Shown: piece after piece, positions 24,175 through 38,167 of the stretch
Layout of the letters: each line of letters starts with the position of its first letter
Position numbering within the stretch: the first letter of the stretch is position 1
Origin: Octopus vulgaris
Lineage: Eukaryota
Direction of reading: 5' to 3'
Assembly: GCA_951406725.2 (NCBI GenBank)
Contig: OX597828.1
Location: 45,880,001-45,944,000, forward strand
Length of the DNA stretch: 64,000 nt
Program-made: the position numbers and the translations under genes
Notes under the pieces: model-generated
Database searches by the model: none
What the model was told of the DNA's origin: nothing
Seen by the model: the letters and a program-made list of their open reading frames with translations, nothing else

Positions 24175-24629
24175 GTATATATATGGCTATGTATATGTGT
24201 GGATATATATATATATATATACATGCACGCTACCTGTGTGGGTTCTTGGTAGGCAATAATGATACGGTTAGTTTTCTTCGTCCTGTGTTGATTTATTTCA
24301 TTTCTCTCCATCACATATCTTTATGATTGAAGAAGAACGTGTCCCATTATTTCCTCAGTTAATATATTTCGTGTGTGTATGTGTGTGTGTGTATGTGTGT
24401 GTGTGTGCGTGTGTGTGCAAGCGTGAGTGTGTGTTAATATTTGTATGCATTGGCACTTAGAATCTCTAAATACACACACAGAGAAAGTAAATGCTGTTTC
24501 AAATTCACAGACATGGATGAATTTCTGAAAAAAAAACAGGAAATGTTTAGCAAATGCCTAAATAAAAACAAATAAAAATCAACAGTAAATGCAAAATAAT
24601 AACAAGGCAATAGATATATATATACATAT

Positions 24630-24780
<151 letters not shown>

Positions 24781-25223
24781 TACACGCACACATATATGAA
24801 TATATATGATATCTGGAAATTGTAATATATTCAAATGATATTGCGTGACTTAACTGAGTTTGGGAATTTAATCAACACTTCTGTTTTTTTGTTTATTTAA
24901 TATATATTTTAATGTAAATTTTATTTTGAAATATTACAAACTAAGCTTTATATGCAATTTTAAATATTTTTTTTAGCACGAATTTACAATTGGAGTAATC
25001 GATTAGATAGAAATTTAATGTTAATGAACTCTGTTTATCAAACGGAATTGTTGGATCCACCGAGTAAACAGATCATTAACACTTCAGGTGTGTATAAAAA
25101 TAACCGTAACAAGAACATCAACAACGAGTATATTGATGATTGGATCTAGTTTAGATACAAGTCAAATGATTTTAAGAGGAATTTTAATCGAGACAAGTGA
25201 CTTCAGTATATTACTAGTATTTT

Positions 25224-25608
25224 GTGGAGGCGCAATGGCCCAGTGGTTAGGGCAGCGGACTCGCGGTCGTAGGATCGCAGTTTCGATTCCCAGACCGGGC
25301 GTTGTGAGTGTTTATTGAGCGAAAACACCTAAAAGCTCCACGAGGCTCCGGCAGGGGATGGTTGTGATCCCTGCTGTACTCTTTCACCACAACTTTCTCT
25401 CACTCTTACTTCCTGTTTCTGTTGTACCTGTATTTCAAAGGGCCGGCCTTGTCACTCTCTGTGTCACGCTGAATATGCCCGAGAACTACGTTAAGGGTAC
25501 AGGTGTCTGTGGAGTTCTCAGTCACTTACACGTTAATTTCACGAGCAGGCTGTTCCGTTGATTCGGATCAACCGGAACCCTCATCGTCGTAACCGACGGA
25601 GTGCTTCC
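25224..25608 (+). mobile_element. tRNA-derived SINE family C, full length
   Basis: tRNA-like head GGCGCAATGGCCCAGTGGTTAGGGCAGCGGACTCGCGG..TTTCGATTCC (A and B boxes) followed by a ~310-bp body shared with other copies. Confidence 0.93.
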
Positions 25609-25936
25609 CCTCCTCACTTGTATTTTATTTAATCGATCGTAAGTAGATAAAAGACAAATTTGTTCTTGGTGGGATTCGAACTCAGAGAGCAAACAACCAG
25701 ATCAAAATATTTTTCTCCGATACTAATGATTCTGCCAAGAGTATTTAGTATCGGAGATTTCAAATTTCGGCACAAGGCCAGCAGTTTTGAAGGATGTTAC
25801 TCAAATACAACAATCTCATTATTTGACTCGTAGTTTGTTTTCATAGGGCACACACACAAACATTCACTCACTCACTCACTCACTTACATACGCAGTATAC
25901 ATATCCTCATACACACACATGCACAAGCAGATATAA

Positions 25937-25969
<33 letters not shown>

Positions 25970-25970
<1 letters not shown>

Positions 25971-26378
25971 GAAAGAAGGTTTGAAAATGCAATTTAAAAG
26001 ATGTTTATTTACTTTACCGGTTTCACTCTTTGGAAAAAGATTGTCAAAAGTAACATGTAGAAGTTTGGTTGCGTTAATTATTGGTTGTTGCAAATTGCTA
26101 CATTACATATACACAGTCTTTGGTAACAGGGACATGTTAAGGACATAAAAATGTAGTAATCTTTTGTGCCCAATATTTTAAGGAACTTGTTGAACTTTTT
26201 TATGTCCTTAACATGTCCCTGTTACCAAAGACTGTGTATATGTAATATAGCAATTTGCAACAACCAATAATTAACGCAACCAAACTTCTACATGTTACTT
26301 TTGACAATCTTTTTCCAAAGAGTGAAACCCCTAAAGTAAATAAACATCTTTTAAATTGCATTTTCAAACCTTCTTTCG
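25970..26378. mobile_element. Palindromic MITE with ~182-bp near-perfect inverted arms and TA flanks (Tc1/mariner-type)
   Basis: Arms 25970-26151 and 26197-26378 differ at about 3 positions; ~45-bp spacer; TA|CGAAAG...CTTTCG|TA. Confidence 0.9.
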
Positions 26379-26541
26379 TATATAATTCCACTCGTGTGGT
26401 ACCCCACAACTCCACTTTGTTATATATATATGGTTGAATACACAAACATACACATCAATATGCATATATACATATATAAATAGGAATATTAATATACGCA
26501 TTGATATGTGTATACACATATGTACATATATCGCAATATGT

Positions 26542-26613
<72 letters not shown>

Positions 26614-27339
26614 TGGATGCATGAATGGTGAGTGAGATTTGACGCAGTTTCCCGACGCAGATAAGTTGCTCGACGCTTTATGGTATAACTTCAAATCCCG
26701 TCAAGATTAAATCTTCCGTTAATCTTTTCGGGGTTTATACTAACAACTAACAGCATCTCCTCAAATTTCTTGGTCTTGTGCATAAGTTCTAATCCAAAAT
26801 TACTATTCCTTGCTGATGAACTAGACGTATTTTTACAATTCTGTCTTCGCAGTAAAGGAATTTCACTAAATGAAATAAAGCTTTTATCAAAAGATACTTG
26901 CATGAAGATAATCCCATAGATTTTGGTGCCTTCCGTTACCGGAAATGGAGAAAATAAAAATATAAAAAAAGATGGGAAAGGAATAGGAAACAAGGATTCT
27001 TGACATCTTTTTATTAATATTGTCGCATCGCCCTTGGATTTTAGTCACCACCACAATAACAATATGCGAAATATGCAGGCGCTCAGGCAATATTTGGATT
27101 TCTGTGGTCGAGTGGAATCATGATGGATGGATAAGTACTCTTGACCTCGCAAATCCACGGATCTATAGGAGGCTTGTGCCCTGTGCAGGATTCCAAGAGC
27201 ATCGAAGAGATATGAAAAGATGTTTGGTAAGTAACAGCAAAATCCATCTAAAAGCTTTCTGCACACAATATTCAGAACAGCAAAGGCAAGAGGAACTCAC
27301 TACAGGAAGCAACCGGAAATCCCCAGCCCAGCAACACCG

Positions 27340-27429
<90 letters not shown>

Positions 27430-27455
27430 AATCTATCTATCTATCTATCTATCTA

Positions 27456-28500
27456 GGTACGACGATGATCTTGGGGCGAACCTGGACGTCGACGAGGAAT
27501 ACCTGACCCGCCGGTTCGGGACGACTTTCGGGCCAGGGCCCATGGACAACTTCCAGAGATCCCTGGCCTGGCAGTGCTACCGAGAAACGCTACCCGTTCG
27601 GGATAAGCTCTACAGACACAGCTCGAGAAACACGGGGCCGACCTGCCCAAGATGCGGTCAGAGCGACGAAACCGTTCTGCACGCACTCGTGCAGTGTCCA
27701 ACAATTTCCGACCTGTGGGCTTATGTCGAACAACTGCTGTCACGTGTCGGACGAGTCGGTTTATCAGCTGAGTCTATCGTCTATATTGCCACGCTTCCTT
27801 CCTTCAAACGGGAAGGAAGAGCTATTTTCATCATCCTTGTGGCTATGGCGAAAGAATTTATCTGGTGGACGCGTCTGAAAGGATTGGAGACAAACACTTT
27901 CCTCTCTGGTCAATCTCTCATCAACTTCTTCAAGTACCACTTGAAAAGGAAAGTGAGAGTAGAGAGGCAAGTTTTGTCTAGCGAATGTTTTAAAAAAAGA
28001 TGGGTGAATGTAGCAAGGATGGCACGTATGAATGACGAAGCCACCTTGAGCATAATCCTATGAACCCAGAAATTGAAAACAGAGGGTTACCCACTTGCAA
28101 ACAAATGTGGTAACACATAACAATATTGACCAAGGTTACCGTGGTCTTTTTCATAGGCTTTTCTTCCCACGGATAAACCTTACTTGCTTTCCCCTTTACA
28201 CCATACATCATAACACTGTGATACACGATCCCTATTGATGGTTTTTTTTCCTCTTCCACTTTTTCCCCCTTTTTTTCTTCTCTTTTTCATTTCTCTTTTC
28301 TTTTGTTCCTTTTCCTTTTTAATTTAAAAAAAAAATTTGTTCTTTTTTCCCCTTTAACGATCCCTTTTGATCGAAAACCTACGCCAACTTTTTTTGTTTC
28401 TTTTGTTTTTTGTTTTTTGTTTTTTTCATCCCCCAAAAGAAAAGCTCTACCTTGTAACTTGTCCCATCTGTGTGCAGCCCTGTGTGGCCAATAAAGAAAC
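27456..28500 (+). mobile_element. 5'-truncated L1/Tx1-clade LINE: ORF2 C-terminus (zf-RVT) and 3' UTR, inserted in (TCTA)n
   Basis: SLAWQCYRETLPVRDKL...CPRCGQSDETVLHALVQC..LW (C-x2-C-x8-H-x4-C), stop at 28063, T-rich UTR, AATAAA at 28490; (TCTA)n on both sides. Confidence 0.9.
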
Positions 28501-28518
28501 TTATCTATCTATCTGTCC

Positions 28519-28598
<80 letters not shown>

Positions 28599-28622
28599 GT
28601 CTGTCTGTCTATCTATCTATAA

Positions 28623-28682
<60 letters not shown>

Positions 28683-28867
28683 GTCTGTCTGTCGGTCTGT
28701 CTATCTATCTGTCTGTCTGTCTGTCTGTGTGTATGTATGTATGTGCCTGTCTGTACGTTTCTCTCTCACTCTCTCTCTCTTTACATATATATACATATAT
28801 ATATATATTTATATACACACATATATATACATATATATTTACATACATATAGACACACGCGCGCATG

Positions 28868-28915
<48 letters not shown>

Positions 28916-29058
28916 GTGCAAAACAGACGAGGTAAAAAACAAAAACAGCTTAATAGTTTAGCACTAAGGAAATGGGATGGGAAAGGAAATATCTTTTACA
29001 CGGCAAGTATTTAGTCTTCTTTTAAAAGAGGGAATAGGCGAGGAGAGAGAAACATGGT

Positions 29059-29094
<36 letters not shown>

Positions 29095-29567
29095 GAAAGC
29101 GATAAATAGATAGACTGATTGAAAAATAGATGTTTTATAGATTACATGTGCATGAAGACATGCACATGTGCATATGCTCCTAAAAACACATACACAAGCA
29201 TACAAAGTTGTAGTCATGGAGTTTGTAACAGATTTCGAAATATGCAACTGAAGCAAATCGTGCGAGAAATACGGGAAAAAATGCAAATGTGTTTTGCAAT
29301 ACATTCTCGGTCGTATTCTTCCATTTTTATTTACTCCATCATGAGTAAATAAAAATCTCTCATGAAATGCATGCTGAGATATCTTCGGTATTTCCTTTCT
29401 TTCTTCCTTCCTTCCTTCCTTTCTTTCTTTCTTTCTTTCTTTCTTCTTTTCTTCCTTTCTTCCTTTCTGTTTTCTTTTTTTCTTCTTTCTTACTTGTTTT
29501 CTGTTTTCTTTCTTCTTCCTTTCTTGTTTCTCTATTTTATCTATCTGTCTATCTACCTGTTTGTCCG

Positions 29568-29626
<59 letters not shown>

Positions 29627-29647
29627 GTCTATCTACCTGTTTGTCCG

Positions 29648-29704
<57 letters not shown>

Positions 29705-29844
29705 ATATCTATCTGTCTGTCTGTCTGTCTATTTGTCTGTCCCTTAGTGTCTGTCTCTCTTTCACTCTCTCTCTCTCTCTCCCCGTGTCTGTCTGTCTAT
29801 CTAACAGTCTATTTATCGATCAGTCTATGTCTATCTGTCTCTCA

Positions 29845-29902
<58 letters not shown>

Positions 29903-30593
29903 GTAACTGCAAATGCGCGTTCCCTTGTTAGAATGCTGAACTCACTATTATATATTCCCGAATTTACTCAGACCTTTCTCCTTTCTCTTTTCTCTTCAAT
30001 CCCCTGAGATCCTACAAAAAATATGAACCTGGGCTTTCTTGTCAAACCCATCAACGAACAATAAATATCCGTCGTAAATTACATACTTTTAACCCTGTAG
30101 CTGCGCAAATTCTATAAACGCCCATATCATCTAACCTATCGTTAGGTCAAGAAATGCTCAAAGCGCAACTGCGTAAAAGCTCGCCGGTAGAGCCTTCTCT
30201 GTTGGTGGGGGATGAACTTCATTCATCTTTCAGTTAAACACCATTAGTTATCTAAAGAATACATTTTGTAGATTCTTACATCGTTGCAAATATTCGGGGT
30301 ATGTCATTGGCCTGGAGATAAAGAACTCCGTTGGTATTACCAGCCACGGACATCTTGCCAAGTGTCCGGGATACTCTCTGTTGCCTCTTTGATTAAAATT
30401 GTATTTCTGAAACTATTTTAGACATCACGACTTTTTATTTGCTAGCTCTCTTTCAACACATCTTTTCTATGATTCAACAGCTATAAATACGCTACATACA
30501 ATTATTATTGACACGTTTGATCACCACTGGAAGACTGATTGCACTTCAGTCATTTTATCACTATCATACGGAATGTCAGAACAACATATTGTC

Positions 30594-30753
30594 TGAGGAG
30601 TGGCTGTGTGGTAAGAAGCATGCTTACCAACCACATGGCTCCGGGTTCAGTCCCACTGCGTGGCACCTTGGTCAAGTGTCTTGCACTATAGCCACTGGCC
30701 GACCAAAGCCTTGTGAGTGGATTTGGCAGACGGAAACTGAAAGAAGCCTGTTG

Positions 30754-30829
<76 letters not shown>

Positions 30830-31041
30830 TGTGTCTTTGTCTGTCCCCCAACATCGCTCGACAACCGATGCTGGTGTGTTTACCTTCTCGTAACTTAGCG
30901 GTTCGGCAAGACAGACAGGTAGAATAAGTGCTAGGTTAACAAAGAATAAGCCCTGGGGTCGATTTGCTCGACTAAAGGTGGTGCTCCAGCATGTCTGCAG
31001 TCAAATGACTGAATCAAATAAAAGAATAAAAATATAAAAGA
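30594..31041 (+). mobile_element. SINE family A, diverged
   Basis: Collinear with the other family A copies. Confidence 0.9.
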
Positions 31042-32011
31042 AATGTTACCAGATCATTTGTGTGAAAAGGAATCGAAAATATTTTTTGAAGATTCAGAGA
31101 ATCAAACTATGTATCTATTGTTCCCTACATCCAACGGTTCTTTGTCTCTTCTATCCATATAATTGTTTCCACTCTCCTCACGAGTCATACTGGCCGCAAT
31201 CAAATGTCTGAAACAAGGAAAAGAATAAAAGAGTTCTGAGTATTTTGTGCCCTCACCCCCTATTTGTTCCGAAGCCAAGCAGTGTGCTTCTGGGACGGAG
31301 TTAGCCATAGAATTGCGATCTGACTCTGATCGATCGCAACAGAGCAAACACCGCTAATCTCATTCAAGAGCCAAGTGTTCATTTTAAGCATGACCGACGA
31401 ATTAAGTGCACAACTAACAAACAGGGGCGCTCCTACACAATTTCTTCCCACCATATTTTACTGACAAAGCTCTCGTTGTCGCTGGAAGATAATAGGCGAC
31501 ATTTATATACAACGTGAATTGTGACTTCTCTTCTGAAACTAATTAATTTCAAAGCGAATATATTAACTATTTTGCCATGTTTTCGCCCACATCGAATTAA
31601 CAATTGCACTTGTGGCTGCCATTTATTTATTCTTTTTAAGAAAAAGAGTTGTTTAAAAACACATTTGTAACACAACCGATAAACAAACAAATATATAAAA
31701 CTTGTTTAGAATTACTATTGTATTAAAAACTATTTTTGAATATTGTAATACCTAAATTAGAAACTTTAGCTTGTTAGAGGTTTCTTCATACCCGTCCACC
31801 ACAAAAATGTTGGCTTTCTTCCAATTTCATTATTATTATTGTTATTTTTTTCCCTGTTTTTGTTACAGAAGAATTAAATTACAAATATATAAGGACAATT
31901 GAAAAATGGTGTTATTAAAAGAATTGAAGAAATACCTTGGGACGAATATAACTCGAAATTTTAGTTTCCTTTGTAGACTATAATTACGATATATATATAT
32001 ATGTGTGTGTG

Positions 32012-32080
<69 letters not shown>

Positions 32081-32924
32081 GTATTTTATATTTTCTTTTT
32101 GTAACATATTTCTCCTATATATATATATGTATATATGTATATATATATTTACCGAGAGAGAGAGAGACTAAAGGATTTCATATATATAAATATATATATA
32201 TATATACGTAAAGGGCGTAAGTATGTATGTGTACAAGTATTTAGGTGTGCGTGCGGGAAGACGCGCGTATATGTGAGTATATGTGTGTAGATATGTATAT
32301 GCAGATGTACTCACATATATATGTGTATGTATATTCATAGGCATATGTGTGCTTTGCATATGTCTACATTTACGTACGCTCACACTTGTATAAGTGCACA
32401 TATTTACAGTAATGTCTTTAAGTATGAAATGAGTACGTATGTGTTTATATATATATATATATATTTATATGTGCATGCGTGTATGTCCGCATGTTATGCA
32501 TATACATATGATAACGTGTTTATATACGAGGCGTTAATGGGTTTATGTATGCGAATGTGTGCACTTCAGTGTCTGTGTGTCCACATGCACGCAAGGTGAG
32601 AACCCTAACGGAAAATACTAAAACCATTATTCTCTGAGAACGTGGGTGAAAATGCTAAATGCAGCTGCGCAATCTTGTATTGTGTACGAATGTTCAAAAA
32701 GCTAATAAGTTGGTGACTGGGTACGAACCCTCATACGCCCACACACAATGTGTAGGATTGCCGATTGTAGAGATAACTTGGAGATACAATAGGTGATATG
32801 ATTGATTCTAATAAAAGCAGCATCGACCCCTTGAAACTTGTTACTGAAACGGATATGTTTTAACAAAGGAAATCCCAAGCACAACAACAACAGCAACAAA
32901 AATTGCAATGAATATTAATACTGA

Positions 32925-33251
32925 CAACAACAACAACAACAACAGCAACGGTAATAATAACAATAAGTACAACAACGAGAATAGTAACAACTGTAATACC
33001 AATAACGACATGAACATGAACAACAGTGGCAAGATTATCAACAACAACAACAATTGTGAGAGCGATTTAAAAACAACCGAGATTGTAACAATGGTTACCA
33101 CGTTATATAATAGTAGCCGCCATATTGGTAACAATATTAACAACGAAAAACAGCAGCAGTGCGATCGATATCTGTAATGATAACAACAACAACAACGTTA
33201 ACTGCAAAAAAACAGCAGAGATACGACAACAAAAACAAACACTGCAACATC

Positions 33252-33291
<40 letters not shown>

Positions 33292-33439
33292 GAAGAGCAA
33301 CAACTATAAAGATAATATAGCAACGAAAGAGAGATTTTGGTAATCTTCAGAGAGGAAGCAACAGGAAGGAAAGTAGGGTTTCACGATTTGGCTTTTAATA
33401 TAACGGAAACAAATTGATGATGATGATGGTGATGAACAT

Positions 33440-33477
<38 letters not shown>

Positions 33478-33733
33478 GAACAACAATAACAACAACAACA
33501 ACAATAACAACAACAACAGCAACAATAATAATAATAATAATAATAATAGTAATAATAATAATAATAAAGGTAATAATAATAATAATAACAACAATAATAA
33601 TAATAATAGTAACGATAGCAACAACAACGACTTCTATTTATATTATTATTGTAACTATTATCATTATTATTGTTGTTGCTGTTGTTGTTATTACTATCAT
33701 TCTTCTTCTTCTTACTATTATTATTATTATTGC

Positions 33734-33775
<42 letters not shown>

Positions 33776-33796
33776 TATTATTATTACTATTATTAC

Positions 33797-33859
<63 letters not shown>

Positions 33860-33886
33860 CATTATTATTATTATTGTTATTATTAT
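32925..33886. repeat. Compound (AAC)n/(AAT)n tract flipping to (ATT)n/(GTT)n near 33635
   Basis: Directly visible. Confidence 0.95.
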
Positions 33887-34294
33887 TCAGCAGTCTTATT
33901 TTTACCACGTGCTTCACTGCACTACCGAGCGCAGCTCTGTGCGCCTTGGGTATGTGCTGTGGTTTGTTGTGGTGCTTTTATTTTCACTGCATTGAAAGTG
34001 CTTTACGTAGGATGTGTGCGGTGCATCGTAGTCATATTTTCTTCATGTTATATACATTCGTAAATCCTTGTATTTTGGTTATGCATTTGTCGGAATGTTT
34101 TTTAATCATACGTAATCTATCCATTATTATAAAGAATGTTTCTGTTTTTAGGCTCCACATTCTGGTTACCTCTATTTCTAAATCGTTGTATTTTGAGAGT
34201 TACTCCGTTTCTTTTAGAGATACATTACCATCTGTTGGTATTGATACATCGATTTGTAGGTATTTTTTCTTGATGATCGCTGACAACTATATCC
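33887..34294 (-). mobile_element. R4/Dong-clade LINE 3' fragment, older diverged copy
   Basis: Collinear with 34387-34795, with substitutions and deletions. Confidence 0.85.
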
Positions 34295-34348
34295 CGTGTA
34301 TTATCCTCAATTATAATTATAAACATCATTATTATTATTATAATTATA

Positions 34349-35159
<811 letters not shown>

Positions 35160-35189
35160 CATCATCATCATCATCATCATCATCATTAT

Positions 35190-35287
35190 TCAGTCTTATT
35201 TTTATCACGTGCTTTCGCTGCACAACCGAGCGTAGGTCTGTGTGCCTTGGGTGTGTGCTGTGGTTTGTTGTGATACTCTTATGGTTA
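35190..35287 (-). mobile_element. R4/Dong-clade LINE 3' UTR only (third copy), fused to a SINE A head at 35288-35349
   Basis: CAGTCTTATTTTTATCACGTGCTTTC..CCGAGCG..GTGCCTTGGG matches both other copies. Confidence 0.82.
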
Positions 35288-35539
35288 CTGAACCCGGAAC
35301 CATGTGGCTGGTAACCAAACTACTTACCACGCAGTCACTCCTGCGCCTATAGAACTATGGGAAGATTCTGATGATGATGATGGCATCGAAATTAGCCCCA
35401 CAAATGAATTAACGAATATATAACTTAAATAACGACAGCCGTAGCAAGAAAACGATCGAGAAATATATCTAGAAAATCAAACCAAACAACAACGACCTCG
35501 GCGACAATTACAAATTTAAAGAGAACAATTAAAGAGTAA

Positions 35540-35699
35540 AATGATCACCGCCACCACCATCACCATCACCATCACCAACACCACTATCACCCTCATCGTC
35601 ATCATCCTCATCATCATCAACATTATCATCACTATCACCACCACCATCATCATCATCATCATCACCATCACCATCACCATCACCATCATCATCATCATT

Positions 35700-35745
<46 letters not shown>

Positions 35746-35758
35746 CCATCACCATCAC

Positions 35759-35812
<54 letters not shown>

Positions 35813-35866
35813 CATCATCACCATCACCATCACCATCATCATCATCATCACCATCACCATCATCAC

Positions 35867-35915
<49 letters not shown>

Positions 35916-36390
35916 GTAATCATCATCATGGTCGTAATCATTATCATCATCGTAATCATCATCATCATCGTCAATATCATCAACAGAATCTTCACCGCTA
36001 ACATAGTCATTATCCTAACCATCATGACCCTCATTATCTTACTCCCACCCTTTCCCCCGTCACCTCATTAGCATTATCATTATCATTATCAACAACAGCG
36101 AGAACACCATGTTATCAATATCACCATTCACCACCAGCTCCATCGCCGTGGTCATCATCATCGCCATCATCATCGTCGTCATCATCATCATTAACAACAT
36201 CAGCGGCAGCAGCAGCAGCACCACCACCACCACCATCACCATTTCATCACCATACCTATTCACCTCCATCACCATCACCACCACCACAACCACAACCACT
36301 ACCATCGTCGCAGCTCTGGCTGCCCTGACCCTTGCTGCCGTCGCTACCTTCGTCATCACCTCAACCACCACCACCACCAGCGCCATCATC
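35540..36390 (+). repeat. (CAT)n/(CAC)n low-complexity tract
   Basis: Directly visible. Confidence 0.95.
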
Positions 36391-38167
36391 TCTGTTCTCC
36401 TCACCACCATTATCAATACGATGCTTATGATGATGTTTGTGACAGTCATCGTGCACATAATCTCTCTTTCTCCTCTCCCTCTCTTTCCCTCCTCTCTCTC
36501 TATCTATCTCAATAGTAAAACAAACGCAAATACTTCTCACCAAGAGATTATTGCATCTCACTTTCTTTGCAGATGAGCTGCAAACAGCTAAAGCTCTCAC
36601 GTGTTCTCCAAATGTTACATCGCACTATCCCTGTAGATATTCTTATGGGGAAAGCACAACCTTGACATATAGAATCTATTGATTTACACAATAAAAAAAG
36701 TTTAACATAACTTCCAATGTTACTCTTTCAGCAACCACACCAACAGGAACACATCGAAGACAATCAATAGATTTAACAGAATAAAACAACTTGCAATGTT
36801 ACGCATTCAACAATCGCATCTATGGAAACATCGAAGACGATCCATGTATCTATTATAATGAGACAACGTTACGAAAATCTGTTGAATTATGCATTAAAAG
36901 AGAAAAATATTTACAAAATGTGGAATTTCTACGGCTGCTGATAATTAATTTTACAAAGCTAAAGTCACCTTTATGTAAAATTTCTTCCTGAGAAATCGAT
37001 AAAGGGACAAGCATTTACTAGAATTGATTTCGTCGACTGCAAATGTGACTTATTGTACTGCTTAGAGATTTATATCCTATGGTGGTTTAAGGACGGTATA
37101 ATCTTCCATAGATTACATAAATCTATATTGAAAGTGTTATAATTTATGAATAAGTAGTTGGCAATTTGACGGAATCGTTAACACCCCGAATTAAATGCTT
37201 AGCGGCGCTTCTTCTGGATTTACATTCTGAGTTCCAATGCCGAGGAAATCGACTTTGGCTTTCATCATTTCAGGATCGATGACATAAATGATACTTGAGC
37301 ACTGGAGGGCAATGTAATCAAATAATACCTCACCAACTACAATTGCTGATCTGGCGCCAAAACTTGAAACCATTTTGATGTATGAACAAGAAAAGCAAAT
37401 TGTAGAATCATTAGAACATTGGACAAAACATTTAACATGGCTACTTCCGGCTCTTTACGCACTGAGTTCAAATCATGTCGTATCAACCTTGTTTTCAATC
37501 CTTTTGGGGACGATAACTTGCAGTAGCAGTCAAATATTGTCTAACATCTGCCTTCTGGTCTTGTACAAATATTAGAAAAAAAATCCAGGGACAACAACGA
37601 TTTTTGGAACCGTTAATTTCAATATCATTCCGAGCATAATTTTTACGAATTTTTACGAACCAAGAATGGTCACGATTCAAAAATATTAGATTTACTTAAA
37701 TAACTAAGTGAAATACACCATTATAAATGATACAAGTTTATTCATGCTGCACGGCGCAATGTACCACACGGTGCAAGGTACTAGTCGAAGAAAGGTACCA
37801 GTTGATGTAAGGTACTAGTCAGTGCAAGGCACTCATAAACAAGTCTGGCAGTGGGAGCAATTTGAAGCTCCTGCTTGTTAATTAGCGCGGATTATAAGAG
37901 ATTCCGAATCATCAATGACGGGAAGGCTGGTGCTGTACTTCTATTATAATGTACAGTAGAACATATCCAGCAGTACGTTAGCCTAAACTGTGTGTTACAA
38001 CGATTGTAAGCAGTCTGTTTGTACATTATGTCCATGTTTCTAATTCGTTTGTTACCGCCTGTAATATTTTAAACTACACGATAACGTGTTGTATAACACA
38101 TCGTTGCCATTGCTTGAGTCCCTGGAACGTTGGATAGAATATTCGTAATATGTTTTTCTGACTCGAA

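Noticed and set aside
25224-25300. tRNA gene
   Set aside because: The tRNA-like head continues into a SINE body found in several copies with TSDs.
26805-26885. CTGATGA...GAAA as a hammerhead
   Set aside because: No stem I or stem II complementarity.
27020-28063. 347-aa ORF as a host gene
   Set aside because: Chance fusion across a TCTA tract; only the C-terminal ~200 aa is real, and it is LINE ORF2.
30040-30400. Possible DNA-transposon coding relic (PPTEKAL on the minus strand)
   Set aside because: A single short motif among many stops; not enough support.
37753-37837. CRISPR-like array
   Set aside because: Contiguous diverged units with no spacers, eukaryotic context, no cas genes.
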